Assembly: GCA_965277805.1 (NCBI GenBank)
Contig: OZ255842.1
Span: forward strand, 2,336,001-2,400,000
Direction of reading: 5' to 3'
Source: Candidatus Lustribacter sp.
GTDB lineage: Bacteria > Vulcanimicrobiota > Vulcanimicrobiia > Vulcanimicrobiales > Vulcanimicrobiaceae
DNA length: 64,000 nt
In this document: positions 1 through 9,967 of the stretch, in pieces
Position numbering within the stretch: position 1 is the stretch's first letter
Layout: the number at the start of each line of letters is the position of its first letter
Notes under the pieces: generated by a model
Databases searched by the model: none
What the model was told of the DNA's origin: nothing
The model's input: only the letters and a program-made list of their open reading frames with translations
Program-made: the position numbers and the translations under genes

Positions 1-68
1 GGAGTTCAATCGGATCATGCGCCACCTCTTCGAATTGGTCCACGCACCGGCGGCCGCGTAAGAGACGG

Positions 69-509
69 CTAGGCCGTCCGCAGGTCGCGGCCGCGCACGT
101 CCTCGGCACGATCGATTTTGATCAGCACGCCGATGCCGACGTCGGCGCCCGCATGGGTGGCTTCGCGTTCGGTCAAGCGGGCGAAGATCGCATCGTGGAC
201 GCCGCCGCTTTCGTGCAGTTCGGCGACGCCGAAGAAGCGCAAGAATCCGGAATCCAGCTTGCCCGCCAACTGCGCTTGCATGTTGTTGTAAAACACGACG
301 ACACGCTTGTCGTGCTGCAGGTTCTCGAGCGCCGTCCGCTTCGAGCGTTCCCAGTACGCGAGATGATCGTCGTCGAACAAGAACATGCTGCCCTTCGGGC
401 TGATGTTCGGCCCGTTCTCGCCGGTCGTCCCGAGAAGCATCGGACAGCCGTCGTCAAACGCGTTTTTGAGATACGTGCGAATCACATCGCTAAAGCCCGT
501 GCTTGCCAT
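69..509 (-). CDS. Pyridoxamine 5'-phosphate oxidase-like (split-barrel flavin-binding) protein
   Basis: 146 aa; GTTGENGPNISPKGS motif and 'ALENLQHDKRV' pattern typical of PNPOx-like family. Confidence 0.8.
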   Translation of the reverse strand: MASTGFSDVIRTYLKNAFDDGCPMLLGTTGENGPNISPKGSMFLFDDDHLAYWERSKRTALENLQHDKRVVVFYNNMQAQLAGKLDSGFLRFFGVAELHESGGVHDAIFARLTEREATHAGADVGIGVLIKIDRAEDVRGRDLRTA

Positions 510-519
510 CGCCTAGCCT

Positions 520-1047
520 TTAGATCAGGTAGCCGACGACTCCCGCGGCGAGGCACCACCAGATCGGACTGATATCGACGATCAGCGCGATGACCGTGAC
601 GATCGCGGTCATCGCGAGCGGCATCAGGGTGTGGTCGATGGTCGCGGCAACGACGAGACCGCTCGCAATCCACAGCCCGCCGGTAATCGGCTTGAACGCC
701 TGACGAAAGTTTGCCAGCCAGGCATTGCTATGGCGGTGCAGTAGGCGGCCCGCGATGAACGAGATCGTCACCGTCAAAACGAGAAACGCGAATAGCGCAA
801 CGCAGGCGCCCAACCACGAAGCGATGCGAAATCCGATCAACGGAACGAGCAAGAAGTTGGGCCCGGGCGCGGCCTGCGCCACCGCGAGCAATTCGGTGAA
901 CGACCGTTCGCTCAGCCAATGCGTCTGCTGCACGAACTCCGTATGCATCTGCGGGATGAGAATCTTCACCCCGCCGCCCACCGCGAAGAGCGAGAACAGC
1001 ATGAAATGTCCGGCCATCGCGAGCAAGACATGGAACTGCTGGGTCAT
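520..1047 (-). CDS. Short-chain chromate transporter (CHR family), second subunit
   Basis: FAVGGG and AVAQAAPGPN CHR motifs; ATG at 1047 overlaps the upstream stop (ATGA); ORF-track extension to 1662 is spurious. Confidence 0.85.
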   Translation of the reverse strand: MTQQFHVLLAMAGHFMLFSLFAVGGGVKILIPQMHTEFVQQTHWLSERSFTELLAVAQAAPGPNFLLVPLIGFRIASWLGACVALFAFLVLTVTISFIAGRLLHRHSNAWLANFRQAFKPITGGLWIASGLVVAATIDHTLMPLAMTAIVTVIALIVDISPIWWCLAAGVVGYLI

Positions 1048-1628
1048 GCGCGTGCTTTCGCGGTCAAACGCGTCTCGATCGCCATGCTCAGCACGAGCAT
1101 GATGATCATGGCGAGTGGAATGAACATGTGCAGACCCGCCACCAGCAGAATCCCGAGCGCGCCGATCGCCATGCGCGCCGCCCGCCAGACCGGACGCACG
1201 TCGGGCGCTTCGTTCCAGATCAACCCCATCACGCGCAACCCGTTGGAGATGAAAATTCCGGCAACGGCAGCCGTAACGGCAACTTCGGCGGTCGCGTAAT
1301 GCGGATTGCTCGCGGCCAACTGCGCTGAGAGCTGCAAGAGCCCGATCGCCAAGAGCAACGACGGCACGATGAGCCCGGCGAGTGACGCGATCACCCCGAG
1401 CGGCCCCGCAAAGCGGTCCCCGACGATCACGGCCAGGTTCACCGCCGTCGCCCCCGGCAAGGCTTGCGAAATCCCGAACTGCTCGGCCAGCTCGCCCTCG
1501 GTCAGCCACTTTCGCTGCTTCACGAGCACGTGCCGGATCGGCCCCGCCGCCCCGCCGACGCTCGTCAGCCCAATCGTCATATGGCCGACGGCAAGATCCA
1601 GCAGCCCCGGTTTGGTCGAATCGCTCAC
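1044..1628 (-). CDS. Short-chain chromate transporter (CHR family), first subunit
   Basis: TSVGGA and ISQALPGATAVN motifs; hydrophobic; paired with the downstream CHR gene. Confidence 0.85.
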   Translation of the reverse strand: MSDSTKPGLLDLAVGHMTIGLTSVGGAAGPIRHVLVKQRKWLTEGELAEQFGISQALPGATAVNLAVIVGDRFAGPLGVIASLAGLIVPSLLLAIGLLQLSAQLAASNPHYATAEVAVTAAVAGIFISNGLRVMGLIWNEAPDVRPVWRAARMAIGALGILLVAGLHMFIPLAMIIMLVLSMAIETRLTAKARA

Positions 1629-1656
1629 TGTCGCGCCCTACGCCCCCACGCCCCAT

Positions 1657-1697
1657 TGTCATCCCGAGCAGCGCCGCAGGCGCGTCGTCCAGGGACC
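1657..1697 (+). repeat. REP-like palindromic repeat, copy 1 (TGTCAT-CCCGAGC family)
   Basis: TGTCATCCCGAGCA-GCGCC-GCA-GGCGC-GTCGTCCAGGGAC; similar copies at 3167, 18198 and 48549. Confidence 0.8.
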
Positions 1698-1747
1698 GCC
1701 ACCATCGGCATGCAGGACTATAACGATATATCGAGAACTATCTCGAC

Positions 1748-3157
1748 GTGACGTTTTCTGAGTCCCGAGCCCGCCGCATCGCCCTGCTCGTCGCAGCCGC
1801 CATGTTCATGAACTTGCTGGACGGGAGCGTCATCGCCACCGCGCTGCCATCGATGGCCCGAGCCTTCGGAACGAGCGCGGTCAACCTGAACATTGGAATC
1901 ACCGCATACCTGCTCGCCGTTGCAGTTTGCATCCCGGCTAGCGGCTGGATCGCCGAACGCTTCGGCGCGCGACTCGTCTTCGGCAGCGCCATCGGCATCT
2001 TCGTTGCCGCCTCGGTCGTCTGCGGTTTCGCACGCACCTTGCCGGTCTTCGTCGCCGCGCGCATCATTCAAGCCGTCGGCGGCGCGCTCATGACCCCGGT
2101 CGGCCGCCTCGTCGTCCTCAAGACGACCCCCAAGCACGGCTTACTGCGCGCGATGTCGATGATGGTCTGGCCGGCGCTCGTCGCGCCGATCCTCGGCCCT
2201 GCGGTCGGCGGCTACATCACGACGTACTTCGGCTGGCCCTGGATCTTCTTCCTCAACATCCCGCTCGGCGTCGCCGCTATCGCCTGCGCGATCGTCCTCT
2301 TCCCCGACGATCGTCCCGAAGGCCAACAGCCCTTCGACGCGCTCGGCTTTGCCCTCGTCGGTGCCGCGTGCTTTACGCTCATGTTCGGCGTCGACCTGAT
2401 CGGCCAACCCAATACGTCACCCGCGTTCATGATCGGTCTGATCGTCGCCGGTGCGTGTCTGATCACGCTCGCAATACGTCATTTGCTCACCGCGCCGAAC
2501 CCGCTCTTGCAACTCACGGCCTTTCGCATCCCCACGTTTTCCGTGAGCATGGTCGGCGGTTCCGTCAGCCGCCTCGCAATCGGTGCCACGCCGTTTCTGC
2601 TGCCGCTGATGTTTCAGATCGGCTTCGGATTGAGCGCTGCCGCCTCGGGCCTCCTAGTGCTGTGGCTATTCGCCGGCAACCTCGGCATGAAATCGGTCAC
2701 GACGCCGCTCCTGCGCCGCTTCGGCTTTCGCAGCATCCTCATCTGGAACGGCTTGGTGACGGCGACGTCGATTCTCGTCTGCAGCGCCCTCATGCCGCAA
2801 ACGCCGGTCGCAATCATCGTCGCCGTTCTTTTCCTCGGCGGCGCCGCACGTTCGCTGCAGTTCACCGCCTTCTCATCGATACAATTCGCCGACGTCCCGC
2901 CGCAACAGATGAACGGCGCCAACACCCTCTCCGCAACCATGATGCAGCTGAGCTCCGGTATCAGCGTCGCACTCGGCGCGCTGGTCTTGCGCGGCAGCAG
3001 CTTTGTTCACGGCCACCTCGGGGCGGTCCCCACCATCGCCGACTTCCACCTCGCCTTCATCGTCGTCGCCGTCGTGGCCGCCCTCTCCGTCCTCGACGTC
3101 ATCAAACTCCCCCACGACGCCGCCCACGCCATCAGCCGCCCCGTAGCCCCCGCATAA
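1748..3157 (+). CDS. MFS transporter, DHA2 (EmrB/QacA-like) family
   Basis: 469 aa; LDGSVIATALP, GWIAERFG and GPAVGG motifs; about 14 hydrophobic segments. Confidence 0.9.
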   Translation: MTFSESRARRIALLVAAAMFMNLLDGSVIATALPSMARAFGTSAVNLNIGITAYLLAVAVCIPASGWIAERFGARLVFGSAIGIFVAASVVCGFARTLPVFVAARIIQAVGGALMTPVGRLVVLKTTPKHGLLRAMSMMVWPALVAPILGPAVGGYITTYFGWPWIFFLNIPLGVAAIACAIVLFPDDRPEGQQPFDALGFALVGAACFTLMFGVDLIGQPNTSPAFMIGLIVAGACLITLAIRHLLTAPNPLLQLTAFRIPTFSVSMVGGSVSRLAIGATPFLLPLMFQIGFGLSAAASGLLVLWLFAGNLGMKSVTTPLLRRFGFRSILIWNGLVTATSILVCSALMPQTPVAIIVAVLFLGGAARSLQFTAFSSIQFADVPPQQMNGANTLSATMMQLSSGISVALGALVLRGSSFVHGHLGAVPTIADFHLAFIVVAVVAALSVLDVIKLPHDAAHAISRPVAPA

Positions 3158-3166
3158 CCTGCCGCA

Positions 3167-3207
3167 TGTCATTCCGAGCGAAGTGCCGCAGGCACGTAGA
3201 CGAGGAG
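3167..3207 (+). repeat. REP-like palindromic repeat, copy 2
   Basis: TGTCATTCCGAGCGAA-GTGCC-GCA-GGCAC-GTAGACGAGGAG, between convergent genes. Confidence 0.8.
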
Positions 3208-3254
3208 CTCGCGCCTTCGCGCTCGCACTCAATAACCACGATCGTGGCGGGTCG

Positions 3255-4217
3255 CTACGCTTTAGGGCACCACTCTCGATCCATCAGTTTGGCGCCGCTC
3301 GTCCCCAGCGTCGTCAATCTTCCTTGGTCGTGCAGCATGCGCACCACGGAATCGAGGCCCTTTCCGTTGACGCAGCCATCGTCCGGAAACACATGCGCCT
3401 TCGTGACGTAATAGTCGTACGACGCCGTGGCCGGGCCGATCGGCAGCTTCGTCTCCGCCATCAGGATCGCGATCGCCTTATCCTTGTTCGCCGGGGTACG
3501 AAGCCACTTGATCGAGTTCGAACGCGCAATCAAAAATTTGCGCAACACGTCGGCATGCGATTGGGCCCACGAACGGTTGACCGCAATGACGCTCAACGTG
3601 AGGTTCGGAAAGTAATCCGGCGTAAACGCGAGTGCGTTGTACCCGCGCGAGATGAGATCCGCATCGGCCGGCAGCGCGAAAAACCCGCCTTGGATCGCGC
3701 CCCCGATGATCGCCGCATAGCGCTGATTTTGTCCGGGCCCATAGAGAAACTGCACGTCGGTATCCGGATTCAGTCCGTTCTTCTTCAAGATCTGCTGCAT
3801 CACGGTCGTGTAGATGTCGGTCGGATCGGCAAGCGCGATCGTCTTGCCCTTGAGATCCTTGAACGTCTTGATCGCCGGCGGCGTGATGAAGTGATAGGGG
3901 ATGTTATCCGCGCCCACCGCAACCGCAACCACGTTCGCCCCCTTGTCGACCGCAAGCGCGAGCCCGGTCGCGTTCGGCAAACCGATCTCGACCGATCCGC
4001 CGAGCAGCGCGCCGATCATCGCTTCGGGCTGGCTCATCACGATCTCCACCTCGAGGCCTTGCGCTTCGTTGAAGCCCTCGGCTTTCGCGATGAAGTCCGG
4101 CCATTGCACGGCGGTCAACGAATTTATCGCCTCATGGATGTGGAGCAGGTCCGCCGCGCCCGCATTGAGCGGCGCAAAGCAGAGCGACATTCCCAGGAGC
4201 AGCGCGAGAATTCTCAT
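3255..4217 (-). CDS. ABC substrate-binding protein, NMT1/SsuA-like
   Basis: Signal peptide; GFNEAQGLEV and IKTFKDLKGKTI motifs. Confidence 0.85.
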   Translation of the reverse strand: MRILALLLGMSLCFAPLNAGAADLLHIHEAINSLTAVQWPDFIAKAEGFNEAQGLEVEIVMSQPEAMIGALLGGSVEIGLPNATGLALAVDKGANVVAVAVGADNIPYHFITPPAIKTFKDLKGKTIALADPTDIYTTVMQQILKKNGLNPDTDVQFLYGPGQNQRYAAIIGGAIQGGFFALPADADLISRGYNALAFTPDYFPNLTLSVIAVNRSWAQSHADVLRKFLIARSNSIKWLRTPANKDKAIAILMAETKLPIGPATASYDYYVTKAHVFPDDGCVNGKGLDSVVRMLHDQGRLTTLGTSGAKLMDREWCPKA

Positions 4218-4309
4218 GCGCGAGCAATCGGCGACGAGCGTTCGTTAGGCCTGCCGATCGCGCCACCGGCATCAAGGGACGTCCGCTCGGGCGCACAAAT
4301 ACGGCACGC

Positions 4310-5725
4310 TTGACGCTCACGAGCGTATCCGCGCCGCGCCGCCCCACCTTGATCGCGTTGATCGTGTCGTTTGCGTTCTTCATGCAACAGCTCGACAGTA
4401 CGGTCATCGCGACCGCGCTGCCGCAGATGGCGCGCACGTTCGGCGAGACACCGGTCAGCGTGAGCTCGGGCATCACGGCGTATCTGCTCACGCTCGCGGT
4501 ATTCATTCCGAGCAGCAGCTGGGCTGCCGACCGGTTCGGTTCGAAGACGATCTTCGCCGGCGCGATTCTCGTGTTCACGTTCGGCTCGGTGCTCTGCGGC
4601 ATTTCGAACTCACTGCCGGAATTCGTCGGCGCGCGCATCTTGCAAGCCATCGGCGGTGCGATGATGCTGCCCGTCGGCCGCCTGGCCGTGCTGCGCACCG
4701 CAGAAAAACACGAGCTGCTACGCACGATGCAGTACATCACGGTCCCGGGCTTAGTCGCGCCGGTGCTCGGTCCACCGCTGGGCGGCTTCATCACGACCTA
4801 CGCGTCGTGGCGCTGGATTTTCTTTTTGAACATTCCGATCGGTCTGATCGGCTTCACCCTCGTCTGCATCTTCATGACGAACTACCGGCCCGACGAACAG
4901 CGTCCGTTCGACGCCTACGGTTTCGTGCTCAGTGGCGTCGGGCTCTCCGCGGCCATGTACGGCTTCACCCTCCTCGGCCGGGAGGATGGGAATTGGCTGC
5001 TGACGGCCGTTTTTCTGATCTTCGGCGTCATCGTCGTCGGGCTCGCGATCCGTCACGGTCAACGCCACCCGACACCGCTGGTCGACCTCTCCGCATTCCG
5101 CGTTCCGACCTTCGTGCTCTCGACGCTTACGGCCGGCGCGCTCTACCGCATGATCATCGGCGCGACGCCCTACCTCTGGCCGTTGATGTTTCAAATCGCG
5201 TTCGGGCACACGGCGTTCGTGTCGGGCTTGCTCGTAATGGCCTGCACGGGCGGCGATTTCAGCGCCCAGCTCTTCGTCCGTCCCGTGATCCGGCGTTTCG
5301 GCTTCCGCCCGGCCATGCTCGCCGGCGGCTTCTGCACGACCGTGCTCATCTTCGCCTGCGCCTTCTTCAACCAGGGCACGCCGCTGTTCTTGATCGCGAT
5401 CGTGTTGCTGCTGATCGGAATGTTCCGCTCGATGCAGTTCACGTCGATGAACACGCTGACCTACAGCGACATCGAACCCGAATACATGAGTGCCGCAAGC
5501 ACGCTCTCCAGCACGATTCAACAACTCGCGGTCGGTATGGGCGTCGCGTTCGGCGCGTTCGCACTCAACAGCATCGCCTTCAGCACCGGCGGCGCAGGGC
5601 ACGGCTTGACGACCAGCGACTTCCAACTCACGTTCGTCGCGGTCGGCGCCCTCGGCATCGTGTCCACGCTGCTGTTCCTGCGATTGCCGCCCGGAGCGGG
5701 CATGCACATGATGCGGCGCCCGTAA
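4310..5725 (+). CDS. MFS transporter, DHA2 family (paralog of 1748-3157)
   Basis: LDSTVIATALP, WAADRFG, GPPLGG and WRWIFFLNIP motifs. Confidence 0.9.
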   Translation: MTLTSVSAPRRPTLIALIVSFAFFMQQLDSTVIATALPQMARTFGETPVSVSSGITAYLLTLAVFIPSSSWAADRFGSKTIFAGAILVFTFGSVLCGISNSLPEFVGARILQAIGGAMMLPVGRLAVLRTAEKHELLRTMQYITVPGLVAPVLGPPLGGFITTYASWRWIFFLNIPIGLIGFTLVCIFMTNYRPDEQRPFDAYGFVLSGVGLSAAMYGFTLLGREDGNWLLTAVFLIFGVIVVGLAIRHGQRHPTPLVDLSAFRVPTFVLSTLTAGALYRMIIGATPYLWPLMFQIAFGHTAFVSGLLVMACTGGDFSAQLFVRPVIRRFGFRPAMLAGGFCTTVLIFACAFFNQGTPLFLIAIVLLLIGMFRSMQFTSMNTLTYSDIEPEYMSAASTLSSTIQQLAVGMGVAFGAFALNSIAFSTGGAGHGLTTSDFQLTFVAVGALGIVSTLLFLRLPPGAGMHMMRRP

Positions 5726-5742
5726 CCGCGAAGCAGGCGCGC

Positions 5743-6633
5743 ATGCTCCTGAATCCGATGGATTTGCAAATCCTCGTGCGTTTGCGCGACGGGATGACGC
5801 AAGCTCAAATCGGAAACGAGCTCGGGATCGAGCAGCCGGCGGTGAGCAAATCCGTGCGCGCGGCTGAGGCGCGGTTGGGTATGGCGCTCGTGCAGACATC
5901 GGGGCGGCGAATCTCGCTCACCAGCGTGGGCCGCGAACTCGCGCAAGCCGGCACGCGCGTGCTGCTGCAATTGCAATCGGTCGACGATCTGGTCGAGTCG
6001 CTGCGTGCCGGGCGGTCCGGGCACACGCGCATCATCGCCTCGAGCACGCCGGGAACCTACGTGCTGCCGAAGATGATCGCCGGGTTTCTGCAAGCGCACC
6101 CCGATGCGCAAATCGATATCGACGTGATCCCGATGATGCACATCTGGGATGCGTTCGTCTCGGGCGGTTACGATCTCGCATTTGCGCCCCGGCTGCCGTT
6201 CACCGGCGCCGTCAGCCTCGAACCCGCCTACGTCGATCCGGTGCTCTTCTTCACCGCGCCCGCGCACCGGCTGGCCGGCCGCCCGAGCGTAACCATGGAC
6301 GATCTGCGCGAGGAGCAGCTGGTCGGGAAATTCACCGAAGACTACTGGGGCCACATCTACTACGATCTGCGCCAGCACGGCAACACGTTTGCGAAGACGA
6401 TCGACCTGAATTCGGCCGAAGCGGTGAAGCGCATCGTCGCTTCGGGTGTGGGCGTCGGGATGCTCTTCGCATCGTCGCTGGAAGCCGAAGCGGAGCGCGG
6501 TCTGCTCGTGCCCTTGCAGATCGCCGAGCCGCATTACCAGCAGAGTTATTTTTTCGTCCGGCCGCAATCGGGTTCATCACCGCTCGCCGATGCGCTGTGT
6601 GCCTACCTGAAGTCGCGTTGGAGCTTGCCGTGA
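5743..6633 (+). CDS. LysR-family regulator with atypical HTH
   Basis: EQPAVSK and LTSVGREL; CysL-like ASSTPGTYVLP effector domain; start placed at ATG 5743. Confidence 0.85.
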   Translation: MLLNPMDLQILVRLRDGMTQAQIGNELGIEQPAVSKSVRAAEARLGMALVQTSGRRISLTSVGRELAQAGTRVLLQLQSVDDLVESLRAGRSGHTRIIASSTPGTYVLPKMIAGFLQAHPDAQIDIDVIPMMHIWDAFVSGGYDLAFAPRLPFTGAVSLEPAYVDPVLFFTAPAHRLAGRPSVTMDDLREEQLVGKFTEDYWGHIYYDLRQHGNTFAKTIDLNSAEAVKRIVASGVGVGMLFASSLEAEAERGLLVPLQIAEPHYQQSYFFVRPQSGSSPLADALCAYLKSRWSLP

Positions 6634-7607
6634 GCGAGTTCTCCGGACTCGGTATTTTCGGCGGACGTAAGGCGATCCCGGCCGTGCTGTCGGTAGCGGA
6701 ACTCACCATCATCCGCGGCATCGCCTCGGGCAAGACGCAGATCGAAATCGGTGAAGAGGTGCACCTCGAGCAATCGACGATCAGCAAGACGATCAAAGGC
6801 ATCGAGGAACGGGTCGGTTTTGCGATCGTGACCGTCAGCGGCCGCCGGCTCCGCTTGAGCGAGGCGGGCAGCGAACTCGCCGGCGCCGCCGATCGCGTCC
6901 TCGGCGCGATCGCGGATCTGGATGACTTCGCGCTCGAACTGAAAGCCGGCCGCGCGGGCAGCGTGCGCTTCATCGCGTCGAGTACGCCGGGAAGCTACGT
7001 GCTGCCGCGCATCGTCGCCGAATTTCTCGCCGAGCGGGAGCACGTTTCTATCGATATGGAAATCGTGCCGATATCGAACCTGCGCAGCACCTTCGATAGC
7101 GACCGCTTCGACTTCGCCATCGGGCCCGCAATCGGATTGCCGCCCGAGCTGAAAGCGGAGCATCTGTACAGCGAGCCGGTGGTCTTCTTCGCCGCACGCG
7201 GTGCCGCCATTGCCGCGCGCAAGAGCGTGAGCCTCGCGGATCTGGCGCATGAGACGCTGGTCGGCAAATTCGTCGATAGCCATTGGCGGCGGATTTTCCA
7301 CGAGCTCGAAGCGCGCGGCTTCCAAGCGCAGCGCAAGATCATGGTCATCCCGCCCGAGGCCGTGAAAGCGATGGTCGCACAGGGTCTCGGGGTCGGCGTG
7401 CTCTTCGAATCGTCAATCAGAGCCGAATTGGACGACGGGAGTTTGATCCGGCTGCCGGTGGCCGCGCCGCCGTTACTCGAGGAGTTCTGGATTGCCGGCG
7501 GCCGGGGCGAAACGCTCTCGCCGGTTGCGGCGGCGTTCGTGGAGTACATGCGGGCGCGGTTGACATATGAGCCCCCGGAATACGAGCGACGCCAGCCGGA
7601 ATTGTAG
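6630..7607 (+). CDS. LysR-family regulator with atypical HTH, coupled to the preceding LysR
   Basis: EQSTISK, ASSTPGSYVLP and AVKAMVAQGLGVG; GTG start overlaps the upstream TGA. Confidence 0.85.
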   Translation: MSEFSGLGIFGGRKAIPAVLSVAELTIIRGIASGKTQIEIGEEVHLEQSTISKTIKGIEERVGFAIVTVSGRRLRLSEAGSELAGAADRVLGAIADLDDFALELKAGRAGSVRFIASSTPGSYVLPRIVAEFLAEREHVSIDMEIVPISNLRSTFDSDRFDFAIGPAIGLPPELKAEHLYSEPVVFFAARGAAIAARKSVSLADLAHETLVGKFVDSHWRRIFHELEARGFQAQRKIMVIPPEAVKAMVAQGLGVGVLFESSIRAELDDGSLIRLPVAAPPLLEEFWIAGGRGETLSPVAAAFVEYMRARLTYEPPEYERRQPEL

Positions 7608-7693
7608 TTTCCGAATCGGGGGCTTATCGTTACGGAGACCGTCGCTACGACCATGAGGGACTGGCTATCAAACGATTTTCGATTGCCCTGCCG

Positions 7694-8650
7694 TTGCACG
7701 CTTTACTGGTCACGGCGCTCGTCGTGTGCGGTGCGTCCGCCGGCCGGTCGCAATCGAGCGACAAAATCGTCGTGAAGGAATCCTACCCCTCGAAAGTCGC
7801 CTCGTTTTGGCCCAACTACGTCGCCTCATCGCAGGGCTTCTACGCCAAAGAGGGGCTCGACGTCCAAGATATCATCGTCGATCCGAACGTCACCGTATCG
7901 ACGCTGATCGGAAACTCCGTCGATATGTCCTACGCCGACTCGACGCAGCTGCTGCTGGCGCTCCAAAAGGGGGCCGCCCTCGTAGCGGTCGGCTTGCAAA
8001 CCGAACGCAACCCCTACAGCTTGATGAGCTCGCCGTCGGTGAAGACGCTCGCGGATTTGAAGGGCAAGCGCATCGGCGCGGCCAGCGAGATCGACGTCTA
8101 CACCTACGTCATCAAGCAGATTTTGCGCAAGGCCAAAATCGATCCCGACAAGGACGTCGATTTCATCTACGGCGGCGGTCAAAATCAGCGCCTCACCGCA
8201 GCGGTCGGCGGCGCGATCCAAGCCGGGCTGTTCAGCCCGCCTTCGGATGCGAAGCTGCGCGACCTCGGCTTCAACACGCTCGCATTTGCGCCGGACTACG
8301 CGCCGAACCTGACGCTGAGCATGGAGACGGTGCGCAAAGACTTCACCGAGCAGCACCCCGATGTGCTGCGGAAGATCTTGCACGCGCAATTGGAAGCGGT
8401 CAAATGGCTGAACAACCCGGCCAATAAAGCCCAAGCGCTGCAGATCTTGGAAACGCAGACCGGCGCGAACCCGGCGGATGCCGGTCAAGCCTACGACTAC
8501 TACATCGGCAAACACATCTGGTCGGACGCCTGCATTCACACGCGCGGGATGATTGCCGTTTCCGACATCTTGCACACGACTGGACAACTGACGACGCTGA
8601 CGTCGCAAGACGTCCCGAAGTATGCCGACACGAGGTTCTGCTCGAAATGA
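7694..8650 (+). CDS. ABC substrate-binding protein, NMT1/SsuA-like
   Basis: Signal peptide; GFYAKEGLDV and ADLKGKRIG; start codon uncertain. Confidence 0.85.
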   Translation: MHALLVTALVVCGASAGRSQSSDKIVVKESYPSKVASFWPNYVASSQGFYAKEGLDVQDIIVDPNVTVSTLIGNSVDMSYADSTQLLLALQKGAALVAVGLQTERNPYSLMSSPSVKTLADLKGKRIGAASEIDVYTYVIKQILRKAKIDPDKDVDFIYGGGQNQRLTAAVGGAIQAGLFSPPSDAKLRDLGFNTLAFAPDYAPNLTLSMETVRKDFTEQHPDVLRKILHAQLEAVKWLNNPANKAQALQILETQTGANPADAGQAYDYYIGKHIWSDACIHTRGMIAVSDILHTTGQLTTLTSQDVPKYADTRFCSK

Positions 8651-9954
8651 TCACGCAAGCCGAGAACGATCGTCTCACGCGCGTCGGACCGGGTACGCCG
8701 GCCGGAAATCTCATGCGCCGCTACTGGCACCCCGTTGCCGCCAAGGCGCAATTGCTCGAGCGCAACGTGATGCCGGTGCGTATCTTCGGTGAAGACCTCG
8801 TGCTTTTTCTCGACGGCCAAGGCCGTCCCGGGCTCGTCTCCGATCGCTGCGCGCACCGCCGCGTGAAACTCGAACACGGCTACACCAACGACGCCGGCAT
8901 CGTGTGTCCGTATCACGGCTGGACCTACAATGCCGGGGGCCGCTGCGTGGCGCAGCCCGGCGAGCCGCCGGAGAGCACGTTCAAAGATAAGATCACGATC
9001 GCGTCCTATCCGGTGCAAGAATTGGCCGGCCTGATGTTCGCCTATCTCGGGCCGCTGCCGGCGCCGCTCTTGCCGCGCTGGGACCGCCTCGTCTGGGACA
9101 ACGTCTATCGCGTGATCGGCTTCGTGAAGATTCCGTGCAACTGGCTGCAGTGCATGGAGAACACCCCCGATCCGGTGCACACCGAATATCTCCACGGCCA
9201 CTACTTCAAGCATCTGCTCGACAAGAGCAAGAGCACCGACGACCGCAGCCGCAAACTGGCCGAAGGCTTCACCACCCACTTCCTCAAGCATGACTACGCG
9301 ATCGGCAAGTACGGCGTCGATCGTCGCTGGCTGCTCGAAGGCCAATCGACCGACAAGGACACCTGGTCGAAGCCGCAGCCGCTCGTCTTTCCCGACATTC
9401 ACTGCACGTCGGGCGGCGGCCGCCACACCTTCGGCTGGCGCATGCCGATCGACGATGAAAACACGATGGAAGTGTACGTGCGTTCGTTCGATCCCGGTCC
9501 GGGCGTCACGGTGCCCGTTCAGGATCCGGTACCGTATCTCGAAGTCGAGATGGTCGATGAAAACGGGCGCTTCACGGCGTTGAATTCAGTCACCGGCCAA
9601 GACGTGATGGCGTGGGTCTCGCAGGGTACGGTTCTCGACCGTACCGAAGAGCGTCTCGGCGATACCGATCGCGGCGTGATCTTGTTCCGGCAATTGCTCA
9701 AGGCCCAAATCGACGCGGTCGAAGCGGGCCGCGATCCGATCAACGTCTTCCGCGATCCCGCCGAGAACCAATGCCTCGATCTCCCCGTGCCGTGGGATCG
9801 CGGTTATGCGTGGGGGTACGGCAAGGACGGCAGTTACGTTCGCGGTTCGATCACCGCCGCCGACCCGCTGCCCGAGCATCTCAAGAACGAGATCGAAGAC
9901 CTCTTCGTCCGCGCCGCTGAGAGCCGTCAGCGCCCCGCCTCAGCGATCGCCTAA
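8647..9954 (+). CDS. Rieske non-heme iron oxygenase alpha subunit (phthalate 4,5-dioxygenase/LigXa-like)
   Basis: CAHR...CPYHGW Rieske ligands; ENTPDPVHTEYLH and GQD mononuclear iron motif. Confidence 0.92.
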   Translation: MITQAENDRLTRVGPGTPAGNLMRRYWHPVAAKAQLLERNVMPVRIFGEDLVLFLDGQGRPGLVSDRCAHRRVKLEHGYTNDAGIVCPYHGWTYNAGGRCVAQPGEPPESTFKDKITIASYPVQELAGLMFAYLGPLPAPLLPRWDRLVWDNVYRVIGFVKIPCNWLQCMENTPDPVHTEYLHGHYFKHLLDKSKSTDDRSRKLAEGFTTHFLKHDYAIGKYGVDRRWLLEGQSTDKDTWSKPQPLVFPDIHCTSGGGRHTFGWRMPIDDENTMEVYVRSFDPGPGVTVPVQDPVPYLEVEMVDENGRFTALNSVTGQDVMAWVSQGTVLDRTEERLGDTDRGVILFRQLLKAQIDAVEAGRDPINVFRDPAENQCLDLPVPWDRGYAWGYGKDGSYVRGSITAADPLPEHLKNEIEDLFVRAAESRQRPASAIA

Positions 9955-9967
9955 AGGAGCTGCGTTC

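Noticed and set aside
1-18. Start of a minus-strand gene at the left edge (ATG at 18 with a GAGG RBS)
   Set aside because: Only six codons visible; no product can be supported
520-1628. Split or frameshifted chromate transporter pseudogene
   Set aside because: Paired short-chain CHR genes are an established arrangement; both ORFs are intact and coupled by ATGA
4807-5742. Long N-terminal extensions in the ORF track (also 1048-1662, 35886-36488, 45614-46081, 51277-51894) suggesting fusions
   Set aside because: They overlap real genes in other frames; internal starts with stop/start overlaps or short gaps explain the genes
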